A DNA stretch of 64,000 nucleotides from Octopus vulgaris (taxonomy: Eukaryota): the NCBI GenBank assembly GCA_951406725.2, contig OX597822.1, positions 56,792,001-56,856,000 of the forward strand, given 5' to 3'. The notes below the pieces were generated by a model, which did no database searches, was not told the DNA's origin, and saw nothing but the letters and a program-made list of their open reading frames with translations. Of this stretch, positions 25,947 to 40,058 are shown one piece after another; position 1 is the stretch's first letter, and each line of letters opens with the position of its first letter. The position numbers were made by a program, and so were the translations under genes.

Positions 25947-26110
25947 AAACCAGCCGAAATTGCGAAGATAATCTGGTACTCGACTGAGGAAAGAAAACTT
26001 CGAATGGCCCGTCCTTGAATGTTTTCTTGTCTCACTTTTTGTATCACTTAACTGTCCGGATGTTTTGCGATTTTGTCCCATTTTGTGTGTGTATGTATGT
26101 ATGTATGTAC

Positions 26111-26195
<85 letters not shown>

Positions 26196-26749
26196 CATAT
26201 ATATATATAAAACAAACATACATATATATATATACAATCCTAAGTAACATATAAAAAATACACAATAAAAAAATATTTCGAATTAATTTAAGAAATAAGT
26301 AAAACTAAAAAATAAGCATATTTTAAGCATATAACTTCAAGGCGGTTAATAAGCAGAGCATTTACAGTTTTGTAAACAATGTCTCAAGGTTTTGTTGCGA
26401 ACCTCTGCCCCCTTTGTTCAGATTCCACCGTGATCAATTTAACATTTCATTGGTCCTATAAGATGCACCTAATACCTATATGTCTTTTATATCTGTTAGC
26501 AGTCCATTAAGATTTGCATGACAGATACGTGAAAACACATCGGGCCTGTTTTCTGAAGTTTTGAAAGAAGCATGATGGATATGACTTCATGCATGTGTAT
26601 TGTAAGAAAGAGGCTAAACTTTCCAACTTTTGATGCAATACCTGTGAAATCTTAGTAAAGTTATTGCATGTATCTCAAGCATTTGTGAACGCTCAGGGGA
26701 GATGAATCTGCACGCTACACCGACAAGATTTTGTTTCATAGCAAGGAGA

Positions 26750-29200
26750 TCTATAGGGCCGTTTTAAAGAGCAACTCTAAGTTGAGATTGATTATATCGT
26801 ATAAAACGCAAGATCGATTATTTCCTTAGAAACGTGAGCAATAGTGTTTCACATGTGTACATGCGTCAACATAGAACTGCTAAAATAGCTTGCATCATTT
26901 GTTTAATGTATTGAAATGTTCTCTAAGTCAATACCTGTAATATTTCGGTATTATCAATTTGCTACGGACTCTAGTCTGACACTCTTCCACATTGGTGCAT
27001 GTTTCTGTGTATTCGTTGTATCATTTGGTTGGTCAATTATATCCCTGTTCTATGGTGGTACTCTCTGCTATCTATGAACTATTGTAGCAGCTTTATACCT
27101 GTTATGATTTCTGATGGATTTCACTTCGCTCATGTTGTTGCACAATGAACAGGGCTTACCTCTCTTGCGGCTGTTCTTTAAAGTTCAACGTGTAGATACT
27201 TCAATGTTCGTTTCCTTGGAATCAGATATAGAGGTCAATAATTCTCTTGTATTCTTATTCCGTCTAAAGGCTACAATAGGCAGCTGAAGAAATATCTGCT
27301 TGAAACGAGGATATTTTTTCGCCACATGCTGGTAACTTTCATGCAACACTTTTGAAATGCCAGCGAAATGTCGGTACAAGCTAATCACTAAAGGAATTCT
27401 GTCATCTATTGTATGGTGTTTGCTAAAATCATGCGCATAGGTTTGACTAATTTCGCTAATCTTAGCTATTTCATTTGCTATTTCCTTTAATCGTGATTCG
27501 CTGTAACCACGTTTGACATAATGACATACAAAAGCATTTGCATGTTTGCAGTAATCCCCTATGTCAGTACAAATCCGTTTTATCCTCAAAACTTGGGATT
27601 TCGGATTTGTCCGAATGGGATGATGTGAATGATCGGAGTGGCGGTGGAGATAAATGTGGGATGACGTGGGTTTGTAAAATAACTCTGTCACTATTCTGCC
27701 TCCAGAAAACTTGACTTTTGTGTCCAAAAATTCAACACTAGTTTTTGAAAAACTAGACATAAATTTTATGTTGGACTTAAAGCCATAGTTACTAGCATAA
27801 CAGTCACAGAAATGCAAGAAGTCCATTAAACTATCCTGTGATCCTTCCTAGACAAAAAACACGTCGAAAATGAACTATAACCAGAGTATTGGTGCATGAC
27901 TATGAAGAGATTTGAATGTCTTCAGTAACTGTGTCTCGAATTTCGACATGAAGACATTAGCGAAATTAACAGCCATGGGGGTACCCATGGCGCAACCCTT
28001 CGTCTGCTGGTAAAATCTTTGTCTAAATTTCATTGTGTTTAACAAACCTCAATAATCTACAGAGAAAATTTGATGGAATACTTTTGTTTGACCGCTTTTC
28101 GAAGGCATCCGTGCATGCTTCTACCCCTTCATTGTGGTCAATATTGGGATGGAGGGAAGAAACATCCATGGTTACCAAAAACCAATTCTCTATACGGCCT
28201 CGGTGCTTTAAAAAGTTATTGATTTTAGATACAAAATCAAAGGTATCCCGAATATAGGAACTTGATCGTTTTGCGACGGGGAGTAGAGATTAATCCAGGC
28301 ATTCCGAAATTTGGGCCGTGCAACATTCATATCCGCTGCAAATTGGGCACATTGGAGGAAATCTTTCGAACGTTTTGTGTATTTTAGAGAGACCATAAAA
28401 TACAGGTGTTCTTCTTTCTATCCTGAAAATCTTAGATTCAGCCTTATAAAACGAAATTATTTTCCTCCATTTCCAGAATTATTTTGTCATGTTCCTCTCT
28501 GTAATCGGTGTTTGGATCGACATGTAAATCTTCGTATGAAGTTTTGTCATTTAAAACTTCTACACAAGCCGAAATATATTCACTGTTGCCCATAATTACG
28601 ATGGCGCCTTCCTTATCCGCCATCTTAATAACAATAGAATCGTTATTGGCTTGACGTCGGGGTGCGTCACACTGGGAATTTGTGAGGTTATTCCAGGACT
28701 TTTTTTCCCACTTGTTTTAAGGCTTTCTCTAATGCCAGCCTGACAAAATTCAAAAATTCCAGTAGTGCTTATGAACATCCATCCCGAACTTTATCTGGAT
28801 ACCAATTGGGATTCTTTTCAATCCGATTATGCCAGATTTGATCATCATCATTTTTACTTTTAATAAACATAGGGTTTTCTTACTCTTCGTTACCAGTTTT
28901 CTCAAAAAAAATTATTCTTTCAGCTTGTGACGCCGAACAAACTGAAATAGCCCTTGAGCTAGTTTATTCTTGTCGAAATTCTTAATGCTTGGGCAAAAAC
29001 TCACTCCAAGCTCTAAGATTGAGACATCGTCGGGCGAAAGTTTTAGTATAGAGAAATTTATGACCGACTTATTCTCTAGTGTGATAATTTTTCTCGGGCA
29101 AGTGGTTTTCAGAGTCTTTTTGGGTTTTGCTCGAAATCTTCACTTAAAACACGGAACTTATTGGGTGATAATATTTGTTCTGAATATTCATATAAGAAGT
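26750..29200 (-). mobile_element. Degenerate near-full-length PLE ORF (RT, linker and endonuclease remnant)
   Basis: VTMDVSSLHPNIDH, GCAMGTPMAVNFANVFM, then ORF 27185-27826 SVEFLDT...LFYKPTSSHIYLHRHSDH...SQVLRIKRICTD. Confidence 0.88.
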
Positions 29201-29231
29201 TATAATTTTTAGTCGTTTTTCTAGGGGTAAT

Positions 29232-29700
29232 TCATTTCTGGGTGGGTGACAGAAAGTGAGTGACTTCTGTAGTTTTTGTAGACATTTGAAAAACCTTTAC
29301 TTTCGGGGAAGGAACAAATTTATTGTTTTCGAGGCAAAATATTAAATGTGCTCGCATTTTTGACTGATCAAATAGAAACTTCTCTGGATCGTTTCCAATG
29401 ACCAGTTCAAATGCATACTCTAAGCAAAAAGGCCACAATCATATGCGCCAAATTGGGGATTAATTATATCAGCTTGTTGAATTGTAGGAATAATATTTCT
29501 TAGTGCTGAATACAACGTTGTTATTTGTGCCATTAGTTCCTGCGAAACTGTTAAATTCAAACTGTCAAAAATATAAACATCTCCGAAAAATTTAGTCTAC
29601 AAAACAAAATGATTGTTCCTGGTGTGATGAATAAACAGTGTGCGGTGTGGATTGTATGTTAGAAATTCCGTGTAAGAAAAAATGTTTGGTTGTATTGGAA
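29232..29700 (-). pseudogene. Ulp1/C48-like cysteine protease remnant directly upstream of the PLE ORF
   Basis: Broken frames give YIFDSL...PQFGAYDCGLFA.../.YAFELVIGNDPEKFLFDQSKMRAHLIFCLEN, resembling the QxxxxDCGxF catalytic-Cys motif. Confidence 0.55.
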
Positions 29701-30000
29701 TTTCTGGAAAATTTTCTGTTACCCGGCGTCAATGAGTTTATCACATAACATTTGTACTGAAAGTAAAAACGATTTCTCTTCATATTTCAAAGCAAATCTT
29801 CTCAACCAAAATGTTCCCTTGCCCACTGGCTCAGGGGAATGGGAAATCAGCTTTTTCAGCTTCTTTTCTTTTTTGTCTTCAGGGCCGAAATTTCCTTTTT
29901 TTCAAAGTTCACACAGTTACACAAAAAGTTCATACGAGTTTTAGAACATACCTTTTCAAGGACACTCGAAATCTCCTTAATGTCTACATCAAGCAGTATA

Positions 30001-30327
30001 TTACTCCTTACTCTGTTACTTGTTTTGGTCATTTGACTGCGGCCATGCTGGAGCACCGCCTTTAGTCGAGCAAATTGACCCCGGGACTTATTCTTTGTAA
30101 GCCCAGTACTTATTCTATCGGTCTCTTTTGCCGAACCGCTAAGTGACGGCGGCGTAAACACACCAGCATCGGTTGTCAAGCAATGCTAGGGGAACAAGCA
30201 CAGACACACAAACATACACACACATATATATATATACATATATACGACGGGCTTCTTTCAGTTTCCGTCTCATGTGGTTTCATGTGGTTGGTAAGCAAGC
30301 TACTTACCACACAGCCACTCCTGCCCC
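30001..30327 (-). mobile_element. SINE family A copy with internal deletion in the 5' half
   Basis: Tail, cttattctatcggtctcttttgccgaaccgctaag body, and accacacagccactcctgc head. Confidence 0.85.
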
Positions 30328-30382
30328 GATATGTATATATATCTATATATATATATAGAGAGAGAGAGAGGAGAGAGATGTG

Positions 30383-30421
<39 letters not shown>

Positions 30422-30494
30422 CATATATATATATACATATATATATATACATACATACGTATAACATATATACAGGTATATACATATATGTGTG

Positions 30495-30597
<103 letters not shown>

Positions 30598-31719
30598 ATA
30601 TATCTAGATATATTCAACATATTCCCATCTCAGTCACACACTTATTGTTGGGCCTCCAGGGAGCCATTTCCCGATACCCTTAAAGCCAAAAACTTTTCAG
30701 CATCCCATCGTATAACTTATTGCATATTATGAAATGTCTCCTTACTCACCGTTCCATGTCGGACAAACACAAATGAATTAACATATGAAGAGCATGTACA
30801 TGTGGTTAGTATTTAACTTACTTCTTCATTGAGGCATAGGGTCCCGTATGTATCATTGTGTACTATATTTCCTTTCATATATTGCTTGTCACGTGGAACC
30901 CACTCACTCTTCATACATTCCTTGTAATACGCTGTGAAAGGATTATCAAAATAATTGGACATTTGATTGACACGTATGAAGACCAAGCCCTTTCTTCTTA
31001 ACGCTTCGATTGCTATTTCCGATGATGCAAAAAGTGAAATGGGAAGCGATAAGAGGTTTGTGCTTTTGTCAAGCGAATGCAAATGAACGCTGTATTGTTT
31101 ACGTAGGTGATAACGTTAGTAGTAGAGACGACGTTTGTCATGGCTGTTGCCGCTGTCATAACTGCACGAGTTAAAGGTTTAGGTGCTTTTGCTATTGGTG
31201 TTGCATGCTTCCCCAGCGGGTGAAGCTGTACATGTAATATTGATTGTGATGGAGATGGTGTTTTTTTTTTCCGTGGCATTCAATGTACTTGAGATAGTGG
31301 CACAGGTGCTATGATAATGATAGAGCCGAAAAATTCTTACCATTGATATTGACAAATTGATTATATCTGTTATCTCTGATTTCATCACTACCACTACTGA
31401 TGCTACAGCTGTTGCCGTTGCTTTTGGCATTTCCAGTGCTATCTATTTACATTATAAAGTCGATGAACGACTAAAACATATATTCGGTTGTTATGTTAAC
31501 AATACTGTTGTTTCTGGCGTTCTTATTCCCTTATACTAACACATTTCGTTCTTTTTTTCTCATGTTTCTCGCTGTTAGACGTTATGATCCCTTGTTTAGA
31601 ATTCATGTATTCATTAAAAATAAAACATGAATTTTGAAATTATATAATTTGAAAAATCTCGAAACATTCAGAAAATTGCGGTCTTCATAACAGAAATATC
31701 CATACCTAAATGTTATGAT

Positions 31720-31767
31720 GGTGATGATGATAGTAATAGTAATAATAATACTATGATGATGATAGTA

Positions 31768-31813
<46 letters not shown>

Positions 31814-31836
31814 TAATAATAATAATAATAATAATA
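31720..31836. repeat. (TAA)n microsatellite
   Basis: Direct reading. Confidence 0.9.
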
Positions 31837-32293
31837 TTGAAGATGGACGAAAGGGAAGCGAGCCAAGAAAAATTATCCTTTGTTTCAATCTGACTGGTTT
31901 TGTTCTCTTTTGGCAATCCAGTTGAAATTCGAAGTGAACCTCGCCCAGCAGGTTAGTAATAATAGTAATAATGCCTTGATGCAGTACCATCATGCTTCTT
32001 TACCAGGTTCTCATTACTCAGCATTATACGGAATTGACCATTCCGTTTTATATGTAATTTTTGATTCTTTCCGTCTCCATATTAGGTCTGCCAGTGAAGT
32101 TGTGTGTCGTCTGTTTATTTTTTGGAGTGACGAGATTTGATTGCAATAATGAACTTTGAATTGGTTTTCCGAGACACCTACGTCTGCGTACTTATGTTGG
32201 GATATGGGGAATTGTGCATTTATATGTCGTTTTGGACTCATTGGTTCCTGAGCGGACAAGCGGATTTTCTACGGCATGTTTGAGTTATATATA

Positions 32294-32535
32294 CAGGAAT
32301 TGGACAAAATAATGGAAACACCTAGCATCATAGCATCATAATTTTGTAATATCTATAAAACCGTCAAAAGCTTGTTTATTTTTATGTTTTTGATTTATTA
32401 TTAGTGTTGCTTAATATGTTTTGCTAAAATTGCTGTTTCTTTTCAGATATCATCAGAAATAAGGTAATTAAAATTCATTAAAATGACAGATGCGTCGGAC
32501 TTTCAAAGAGGTCAAATTGTTGATGCTCGTATGGT
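32294..32535 (+). mobile_element. Tc1-like 5' end fragment
   Basis: TA|caggaattggacaaaataatggaaac then MTDASDFQRGQIVDARM (Tc1 paired-like N-terminus). Confidence 0.65.
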
Positions 32536-32714
32536 CTATTTACTTGGACCTATTGTTTAATTGTGTTTATTTATGTATGTATACACATGTAAATATATAT
32601 ATATGTATACATGTAGATGTGTAAGTGTATATGGATATTTGTTCATATTTTTATATATATTGAATTATACGTGTATCCTGTTCCATGTATTAATATTTTT
32701 AAAGTTCTTTATAA

Positions 32715-32807
32715 TCTCTGATGAGGCCTATGGTTATATACAAGTATCCTATTTTTAAAACTACTGAAAAAAAATGCTTTTATCCATAGGCTGAAACAGC
32801 TGTAAGG
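32715..32807 (+). ncRNA. Type I hammerhead ribozyme with extended helix II
   Basis: tct-CTGATGA-ggcctatgg(50 nt)ccataggct-GAAA-cagctgt-A-agg; 9-bp helix II, palindromic ACAGCTGT helix III, GUA site; helix I only 3 bp. Confidence 0.8.
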
Positions 32808-33178
32808 AGTGATTTTAATGATTTCAGTAATTTATATAATGATTTTTATAATTGTATTCTTATCTTATATGTATTGAATTATAATAATATATATGCATGC
32901 TATTAAGGTTCTCATTTTTGTTAAATGAATGAATAATTCAACATTCTAATATCCGAAAGCTGATGAACCAACTAAATTGCTTCTCCATTTTCTTATTTGT
33001 ATTATAAATTAATGGTAATATATTTCTTTACCTTCACCCGTTTAATAAAATAAATAAGTTAATTGCCTTGCAATTAAAAAACATTTGTGTATTAAGAATT
33101 TGGGTATTATACCAACAGTATAATGGATAAATATTATCCCTTAGTGGGTTGGACCCATAACCCCTAATTTACTTGGTG

Positions 33179-33226
<48 letters not shown>

Positions 33227-33311
33227 GTACATACATGTGTGCATGCATGTATGTACATTATATATATACATATATATACATATATATACATGTCTACATG
33301 CATGTATGTAC

Positions 33312-33349
<38 letters not shown>

Positions 33350-33629
33350 TGGGTAAGAGGAACTGAAGAGGTATTCAAATACTGAACGTATGATCGCATA
33401 AATATCTTGTATGAGATATTGGTGCAGAATAGATTAAAAACAAAATTATTTCTATGAATTTAAAGGTGATGATTCACGTGGTTCAGTTTTGTATGTTATT
33501 ACCTTTGAGTTGGATTACAAATTTTTTTTGTTCATAACTGCACTATTCCAACGCTTTTATAACTGTGTAAACACAACCAGTTATCCATTAAACAACAGAT
33601 GTCTTGAGATGCAACTGGTAAACAGAATC

Positions 33630-33765
33630 GATAACTCTGATACTGACGGAAACCTGAAAATATATATTGGCTTTACCTGAACTACCTTTAAAGATTCGAC
33701 ATATACATAATACAGAACCTTGTTCACAAATCAAAAAAAAAAAAAAAAATTCAACGTCTGCCAGG
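33630..33765 (+). mobile_element. Short PLE GIY-YIG remnant
   Basis: DGNLKIYIGFT*TTFKD...FTNQKKK.NST. Confidence 0.45.
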
Positions 33766-36127
33766 GTAGCAGTTGTAATGGATGTTGTTATGTAAAAACT
33801 GAAAATACTAAACCTTCTAGCAAATGTTTTTAATGTAAGAGAAGAAAGACTTCGTCTTACCTGCATATAATATACAAACGATTACTCAGATCAACCCTAT
33901 ATTAAAATTATATAAGATATTCATTTAAATCAGTTCAAATATGTTGGGGACATATTTAACTTGTACAAAGGCCGTATTCACTGTTAATGTACCGTGTATA
34001 ACCTTTCTCACGTTAAGCAATAGATGTTGAAAATCACTTAGAGACATTTAAAGACCCCCTACTTTCGGGTGAACGGAGAATGCATTTTCTTGCTTCTAAA
34101 CATATTTGAACTGATCGAAATGTTTGTTTATTTGCAACACTAGTTTTGTATTTAATTTGCTTCACTGAGGTCAGTGTCGCGCATGATCAGCTCATATTTT
34201 GATGCTGATTTGCTATAAGAAAACAAATGTTTCCGAAGTCACTTAGGATTGCCTCTCTTGCTGGTGATTGCCATGGGACGATAAATGCATTCACCGTTCT
34301 ATCGAGACAAGGCGCTTTCAAATGACTGCTGGTGTTTTTCAACACCTATTTCCTAACACGAGAAAGGTTCTCCATGACAAACTGCAAGAAATACAGCCTT
34401 TGTACAAGTCAAATATATCCCAAACTCATTTGAACAGATCTAAATGTCTGTTTATCGCAACACTGCTTTCGCGCGCCCACAACAAAATAATATTCAAACA
34501 CTAAAAGTTTGTGTATTTATATTCTTTCAAAAGCTATGTACAGCTCCAGTATATAGCAACAAAGATTGCTATTATACGATAATTAAGTCTATGAATGAAT
34601 GAAATGGAATATGTGGCTATGTACTACTCGTGTTTCAAAAGGAGCACCGAATGCATTTTACGTAACATTAGGTGCTACGTAATTATTCATGTTTCTTTCT
34701 CATAAGCTACACGCCACGTGTCAGAGATCCTTTACCATCGTGAATTTGCCAAAAGAAACTGGAAAAAGTTTGTACAATTCAACAGCCAAAAGGAGAGTAG
34801 AAATAGCCAATCCGTGTCTCCTTTACAAATAACTTAAGTGAGGTAGAATGGAGTGAGATTTTAAGAAGGTCAGTTTCTTATTTGTATAAATAGATATATT
34901 GGGTGGCTTTACACAGATTTTAAGTGATCAACATTTTCACTATATACATTAATAGTTGTTCATTAAACTAAAGGGTTGCTTGATATTTTCAAGCAGATTA
35001 CATATTAATTTTCAGAACATAAAGATTGACTGCGGCCTGGAGGTTTGGCTTGTTTGGCATCATCAGATAGTTATTTATTTTGGTTCTTTCTGATTTTATA
35101 CAGTCTTTGGCGTGTAGTTCGCCTAGATGGACTAACGTGAATAATTTGGCTGGGTATATGTAGACAAAGAAGAGAATGTGTAAGAAGAAAGAAAATAGAG
35201 ACCGTTAGGTGATGCTTGTTGGACTTTGTATTCATAGAAAATTATGATGGTGAGAGTTATTCCGGCTTGATATAGAGCATGTCAATAACAAAATAACAAC
35301 ACGTTAAATACTATATGAAGCCAGAAGAAAATACACAGTAGCTCACAATCAGGCGACAGTAAGAGCTCCGAAACTTCCAAGTCACACTCAGCCTTTTACT
35401 TGCAATAAATATATGTATAAAGTATGTATTTTGGCACAGAAAATATGAGATCCAATCTAAATTAGTTAATTTACTGTATCTCGTTACTTCAGTCATCTGT
35501 CTATCATTGCAATATTTTTTATTCAGCTCTGTCCAAACGTCTCATCGAACAATATCTGAATTTTAACAGCTATGATGAAAAATGGCCGTACTATCATAAA
35601 CTTACGAAGACGAATGATGACCGCTGATACGTCATATGTTGGCAGTATTAAATTATAAGATTCGAATTCGACACATGACTGAATTTATATGCCGATATAT
35701 GTGTATATACATATAAAAATAAATTAATATATATATTTATATATACATATACATAATTAATATATGTATATATATGTATATATATAATTAATATATATAT
35801 ATATATATACATATATATATCATATATATACATACGTATATATAATTAGTATATATATATATATATATACATATGTATATAAATAATATAAATATATATA
35901 TACATAAATAATATATATATATGAATAATATATATAAACAATATATATATAAATAATAACATATAAAATATATATATAAATAATACGTATATATATATAT
36001 ATATAAATAATATATATGTATATAATATATATACTATTTATATATAAATAATATATATATAATATAATTTTAAAATCTTAGGGAATAATAAGTATTCCAG
36101 GTTATCAGGACATTTAAATAACAACCA

Positions 36128-36174
<47 letters not shown>

Positions 36175-36259
36175 TATATATATACATACATATTCATACA
36201 TATACTTACATATTTATATATATTCATACACATAGATACATATATATTATATATATTCA

Positions 36260-36306
<47 letters not shown>

Positions 36307-36471
36307 ATGTATGTATATATATATACATACATATGCATGCATATATATATATATACATATACATATATATATATGTATATATGTATATATATACATACAT
36401 ATATATCCATACATATATATACCTACATATACATACATACATACATATATATATATATATACATACATATA

Positions 36472-37725
36472 CACAGACATGCAGGAAGTAAACAAGCACT
36501 TTTAATTTTCAAAATTTCTGATCTAAGCGTCTTTACATGTTTTCAGTGATGTAGAATTTACTATGTAATTATTCTTTATCATTCCAGGTGCCATTATCAT
36601 GCCACGCACAAACAATTTAACAGAACTATCAGAGTTTCAAAGGGTCGTATTGTTGGGCAATATAAGGTTGGTCTTAGCCAGCGAAACATTGCCGAAAATT
36701 TTCAAATTCCTCTTGCTACAGTTACTAGAATTATAGTGCAATTCAAAAGCCAAGGAAAAGAATCAACATATTCTCATCCCGGCCGACCTGGGACCTCGGA
36801 AAGGAAGCTTCCGTGTTTGAAGAGAACTGTGGATAACGAACCGGGTTCGAAGGCTTCTGACATTGCAAAACAGCTAGAAGTTAGTCCAAGAACGTGTGTT
36901 ACATATCTGCATAAGCTTGTGTATTATGGAAGAGCAGCTAGAAGAAAGCCTCTCCTTCAACCATTTAATATCTTGAAAAGAAACAAATGGGCTAAGGAGA
37001 TGTGAGAAAAATCCAGTTCATTTTGGGATAGAGTGATTTTCTCAGATGAATCTAGATTTGCATTATTTTCAGACAGTGGAAGTGTTTGGATCTGGAGGCT
37101 TCCTAATCAAGAATTTGATTTGAAATGATTCCGTCCAACTGTGAAACATGGCGGTATATCTGTAATGGTATGGGGAGCTGTCACCAGCAATGGTCGTTCT
37201 GAGCTGATTGGATGTGTTGGAACCATAATCTCTGAAAAACACATCGCAATACTTAAGCAAAGATTACTTCCAATGTATTCACACAATAACTTTATGCAAA
37301 ATGAGTTTTTATTCATGGAAGATGGGGCTCCATGCCCCACAGCGAAAAGGAATCAACAATGGCTAACTGAAAACGGGATCAAAAAGGTTCCTTGGCCGAG
37401 CCAATTTCCTGACATGAACCCAATTGAAAATCTTTGGAGCATACTAGATAGAGCTATATGAAAAGCTCGACAGAAACCTAAATCTGAAGATGAATTGTTT
37501 CAATTGTTGCATGAAAAGTGGACTGAAGAAATTCCACAAGAGACAATCGCAAAGCTCATCAGTTCATTGCCAAAAAGAGTTTCTGAATTAAAAACCGCAA
37601 AGGGAATGTCAACTAAATACTAAAGTATGTAGTCCTACGTATCGATTACATTTCAATTGTTCGCTTTGCGTATTAAATAAGATTTTGAAAATTAAAATTG
37701 TCTATTTATTTCCTGTATGTCTGTG
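36472..37725 (+). mobile_element. Full-length defective Tc1 transposon (about 45-bp TIRs; transposase remnant 36599-37623)
   Basis: TA|cacagacatgcaggaagtaaac...tttatttcctgtatgtctgtg|TA; VIFSDESRF, KHGGISVMVWG, EDGAPCP, WPSQFPDMNPIENLW; internal stops. Confidence 0.93.
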
Positions 37726-37734
37726 TACACATAT

Positions 37735-37793
<59 letters not shown>

Positions 37794-37816
37794 CACACAC
37801 ACATATATATATGTAT

Positions 37817-37853
<37 letters not shown>

Positions 37854-38726
37854 CGTGGTATGATAAATAAGTATTCGTATTGTTGCCATAGTAACGAAGT
37901 TAATGCACTTAGAGTGAAGCCGCTTGGCACAGATTGGCCTTGGAATCTACTGTGAATACGCAATAAAATTTAACGCTCTGGATCACGCCTGTTGTTTACA
38001 CCAGTGCATGGTAAGAAGGTGTGTAGCGTGTGATCTTCACATTGACCATGACACAGAAAGTTGAGCAGAGAATTTGCATCTTAATTTGCAAAAAAACTTA
38101 GCCTTTTCTGCTCACAAGCCTACACCAAGTATTCAAAATTTTCTATCACTCTCGACACAATGAAGATCTTGTGCAACCGAAACTCGAGTGACCTCTTGGT
38201 CAGCTGAAAGCAGTTTTGGCACAAAATTGGTTGACACACGTCTCATACCCAAGTCTTCACTAATAATGAACTAAATTGAACCGTAATTAATCTGCATATC
38301 CTCTGATAAATCACGGCGATTTCCCATAACAGCTGCATGAACATCTGCGATGGTTTTCTCAGTTCTGTTGGTTGCGGGTCTCCCAGAACGTTCGTCAATA
38401 TCGACATCTTTTGGTCATGTTGAATACGTCTGAACTACCTGTACACATGTGCAGTTCATACACTCCTCTCCATACACTTCCTGCAACTTTTCATAGGCTT
38501 CTGAGCAGGTATCGCTATGACAAATCTGTCATGAACAATGCGAGGATTACACGCTACACACCTTCCTTCCAAGCACTGATGCATTCAGCGAAAGTGAGCT
38601 AGAACGTTAAAACGTAGTGCGCATACACAGCAGAGTTCAAGGTTAATTTTAACCAAGCGGTTTTACGCTGCTTTCTTGAGCTTCGTTACTAAAACAACAA
38701 TCCGAATACTTACTGATCAGACCTCG
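37854..38726 (-). mobile_element. Internally deleted mariner element with long TIRs
   Basis: TA|cgtggtatgataaataagtattcg...cgaatacttactgatcagacctcg|TA; minus frames give AYEKLQEVYGEECM, DERSGRP and LGMRRVSTNFVPKLL. Confidence 0.82.
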
Positions 38727-38733
38727 TATATAC

Positions 38734-38780
<47 letters not shown>

Positions 38781-38983
38781 AATGTATGTGCGTTTTTTTT
38801 CAGTTTACAAATAACACGGAAAAAATGAATAAATAGTTACCAGGGTAGCAAAAATTCACACAAGTACCAAAGATGTAACAGCCTATTATAAAAGTAGAAA
38901 CTTCAGGTTTAGGTGAAATGATTTATATAATATAGATAAATAAATAAATGGAGTTAAACGCAGGTGTTATTCAAATATTATTA

Positions 38984-39071
38984 CTTCCGACATGTGTTAC
39001 GAAGAAAACATTGTTATAATTCCAGAAGGAATAAAATGGTGTAAAACAATGCAATCTTCTCATCGGTGAAG
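38984..39071 (-). ncRNA. Hammerhead motif in a solo pLTR fragment (about 38810-39110), homolog of 2070-2158
   Basis: cttca-CCGATGA-gaag...cttc-GTAA-cacatgt-C-ggaag; two core substitutions. Confidence 0.55.
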
Positions 39072-39139
39072 GAGAGAAACCAAACACATCAATGAGACAT
39101 TCTAACAGAATTTATTTATCTATCTATCTACCTATCTTA

Positions 39140-39358
39140 TTTCTTTACTGCCCATAAGGGGCTACACACAGAGGTGACAAATAAGGGCAGACAAACGGAT
39201 TAAGTCGACTATATCGAAATCAGTGCGTATCTGGTACTTATTTAATCGACCCCGAAAGGATGTAAGGCAAAGTTGACCACGGCGGAATTTGAACTCAGAA
39301 CATGAAGACAGACGAAATACCGCTAAGCATTCCGCCCGGCGTGCTAACGTTTCTGCCA
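39140..39358 (-). mobile_element. tRNA-derived SINE family B
   Basis: ctggcagaaacgttagcacgccgggcggaatgcttagcggtatttcg...gagttcaaattccgcc (A/B-box-like), then ttgccttacatcctttcggggtcgat. Confidence 0.85.
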
Positions 39359-39421
<63 letters not shown>

Positions 39422-39427
39422 TGTACA

Positions 39428-39501
<74 letters not shown>

Positions 39502-39507
39502 CACATA

Positions 39508-39543
<36 letters not shown>

Positions 39544-39577
39544 CATATATACATACATACATACATACATACATACA

Positions 39578-39626
<49 letters not shown>

Positions 39627-39676
39627 GAAAAAACAAGTCAAAAATAGAAAATGCTAAAATAATTTTATAGTGAACA

Positions 39677-39720
39677 TTTCAGTACCGGTTTCGGTCATTT
39701 TGAGACCTTTTCAACTGTAA
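39677..39720 (-). ncRNA. Minimal type I hammerhead ribozyme with U3-A8 core, in a 215-bp non-coding insert between TA tracts
   Basis: ttacag-TTGAAAA-ggtc(tcaaaat)gacc-GAAA-ccggt-A-ctgaaa; palindromic ACCGGT helix III, GUA site. Confidence 0.82.
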
Positions 39721-40058
39721 CGATTAAATAATTAAATTTAGAAAAATTAGAAGAAAAGTTTTTTTAAAAGAATATTTCTATAGTAGTGTTCAGATTTAAG
39801 TGGCATTCTGCCTTTCTCTGACTCCCTTGTTTGCACTTGTTATATATATATATTTGAGTAGTTGAATGAATTATCTTATTATGGATAATTCGAATTAACC
39901 GATACCTGGGTAGCAAATTCACATCAGAAAAAACACAGTTGAAGTTACGTGCCTAGAGCATAGATTACGTGCCTTCGTGTGGAAATTTGTATGTTTATTT
40001 TTAAAATATAAATATATGAAAGAATGGAGTTGAACGACGAATTAACAAAATTCCTTTA

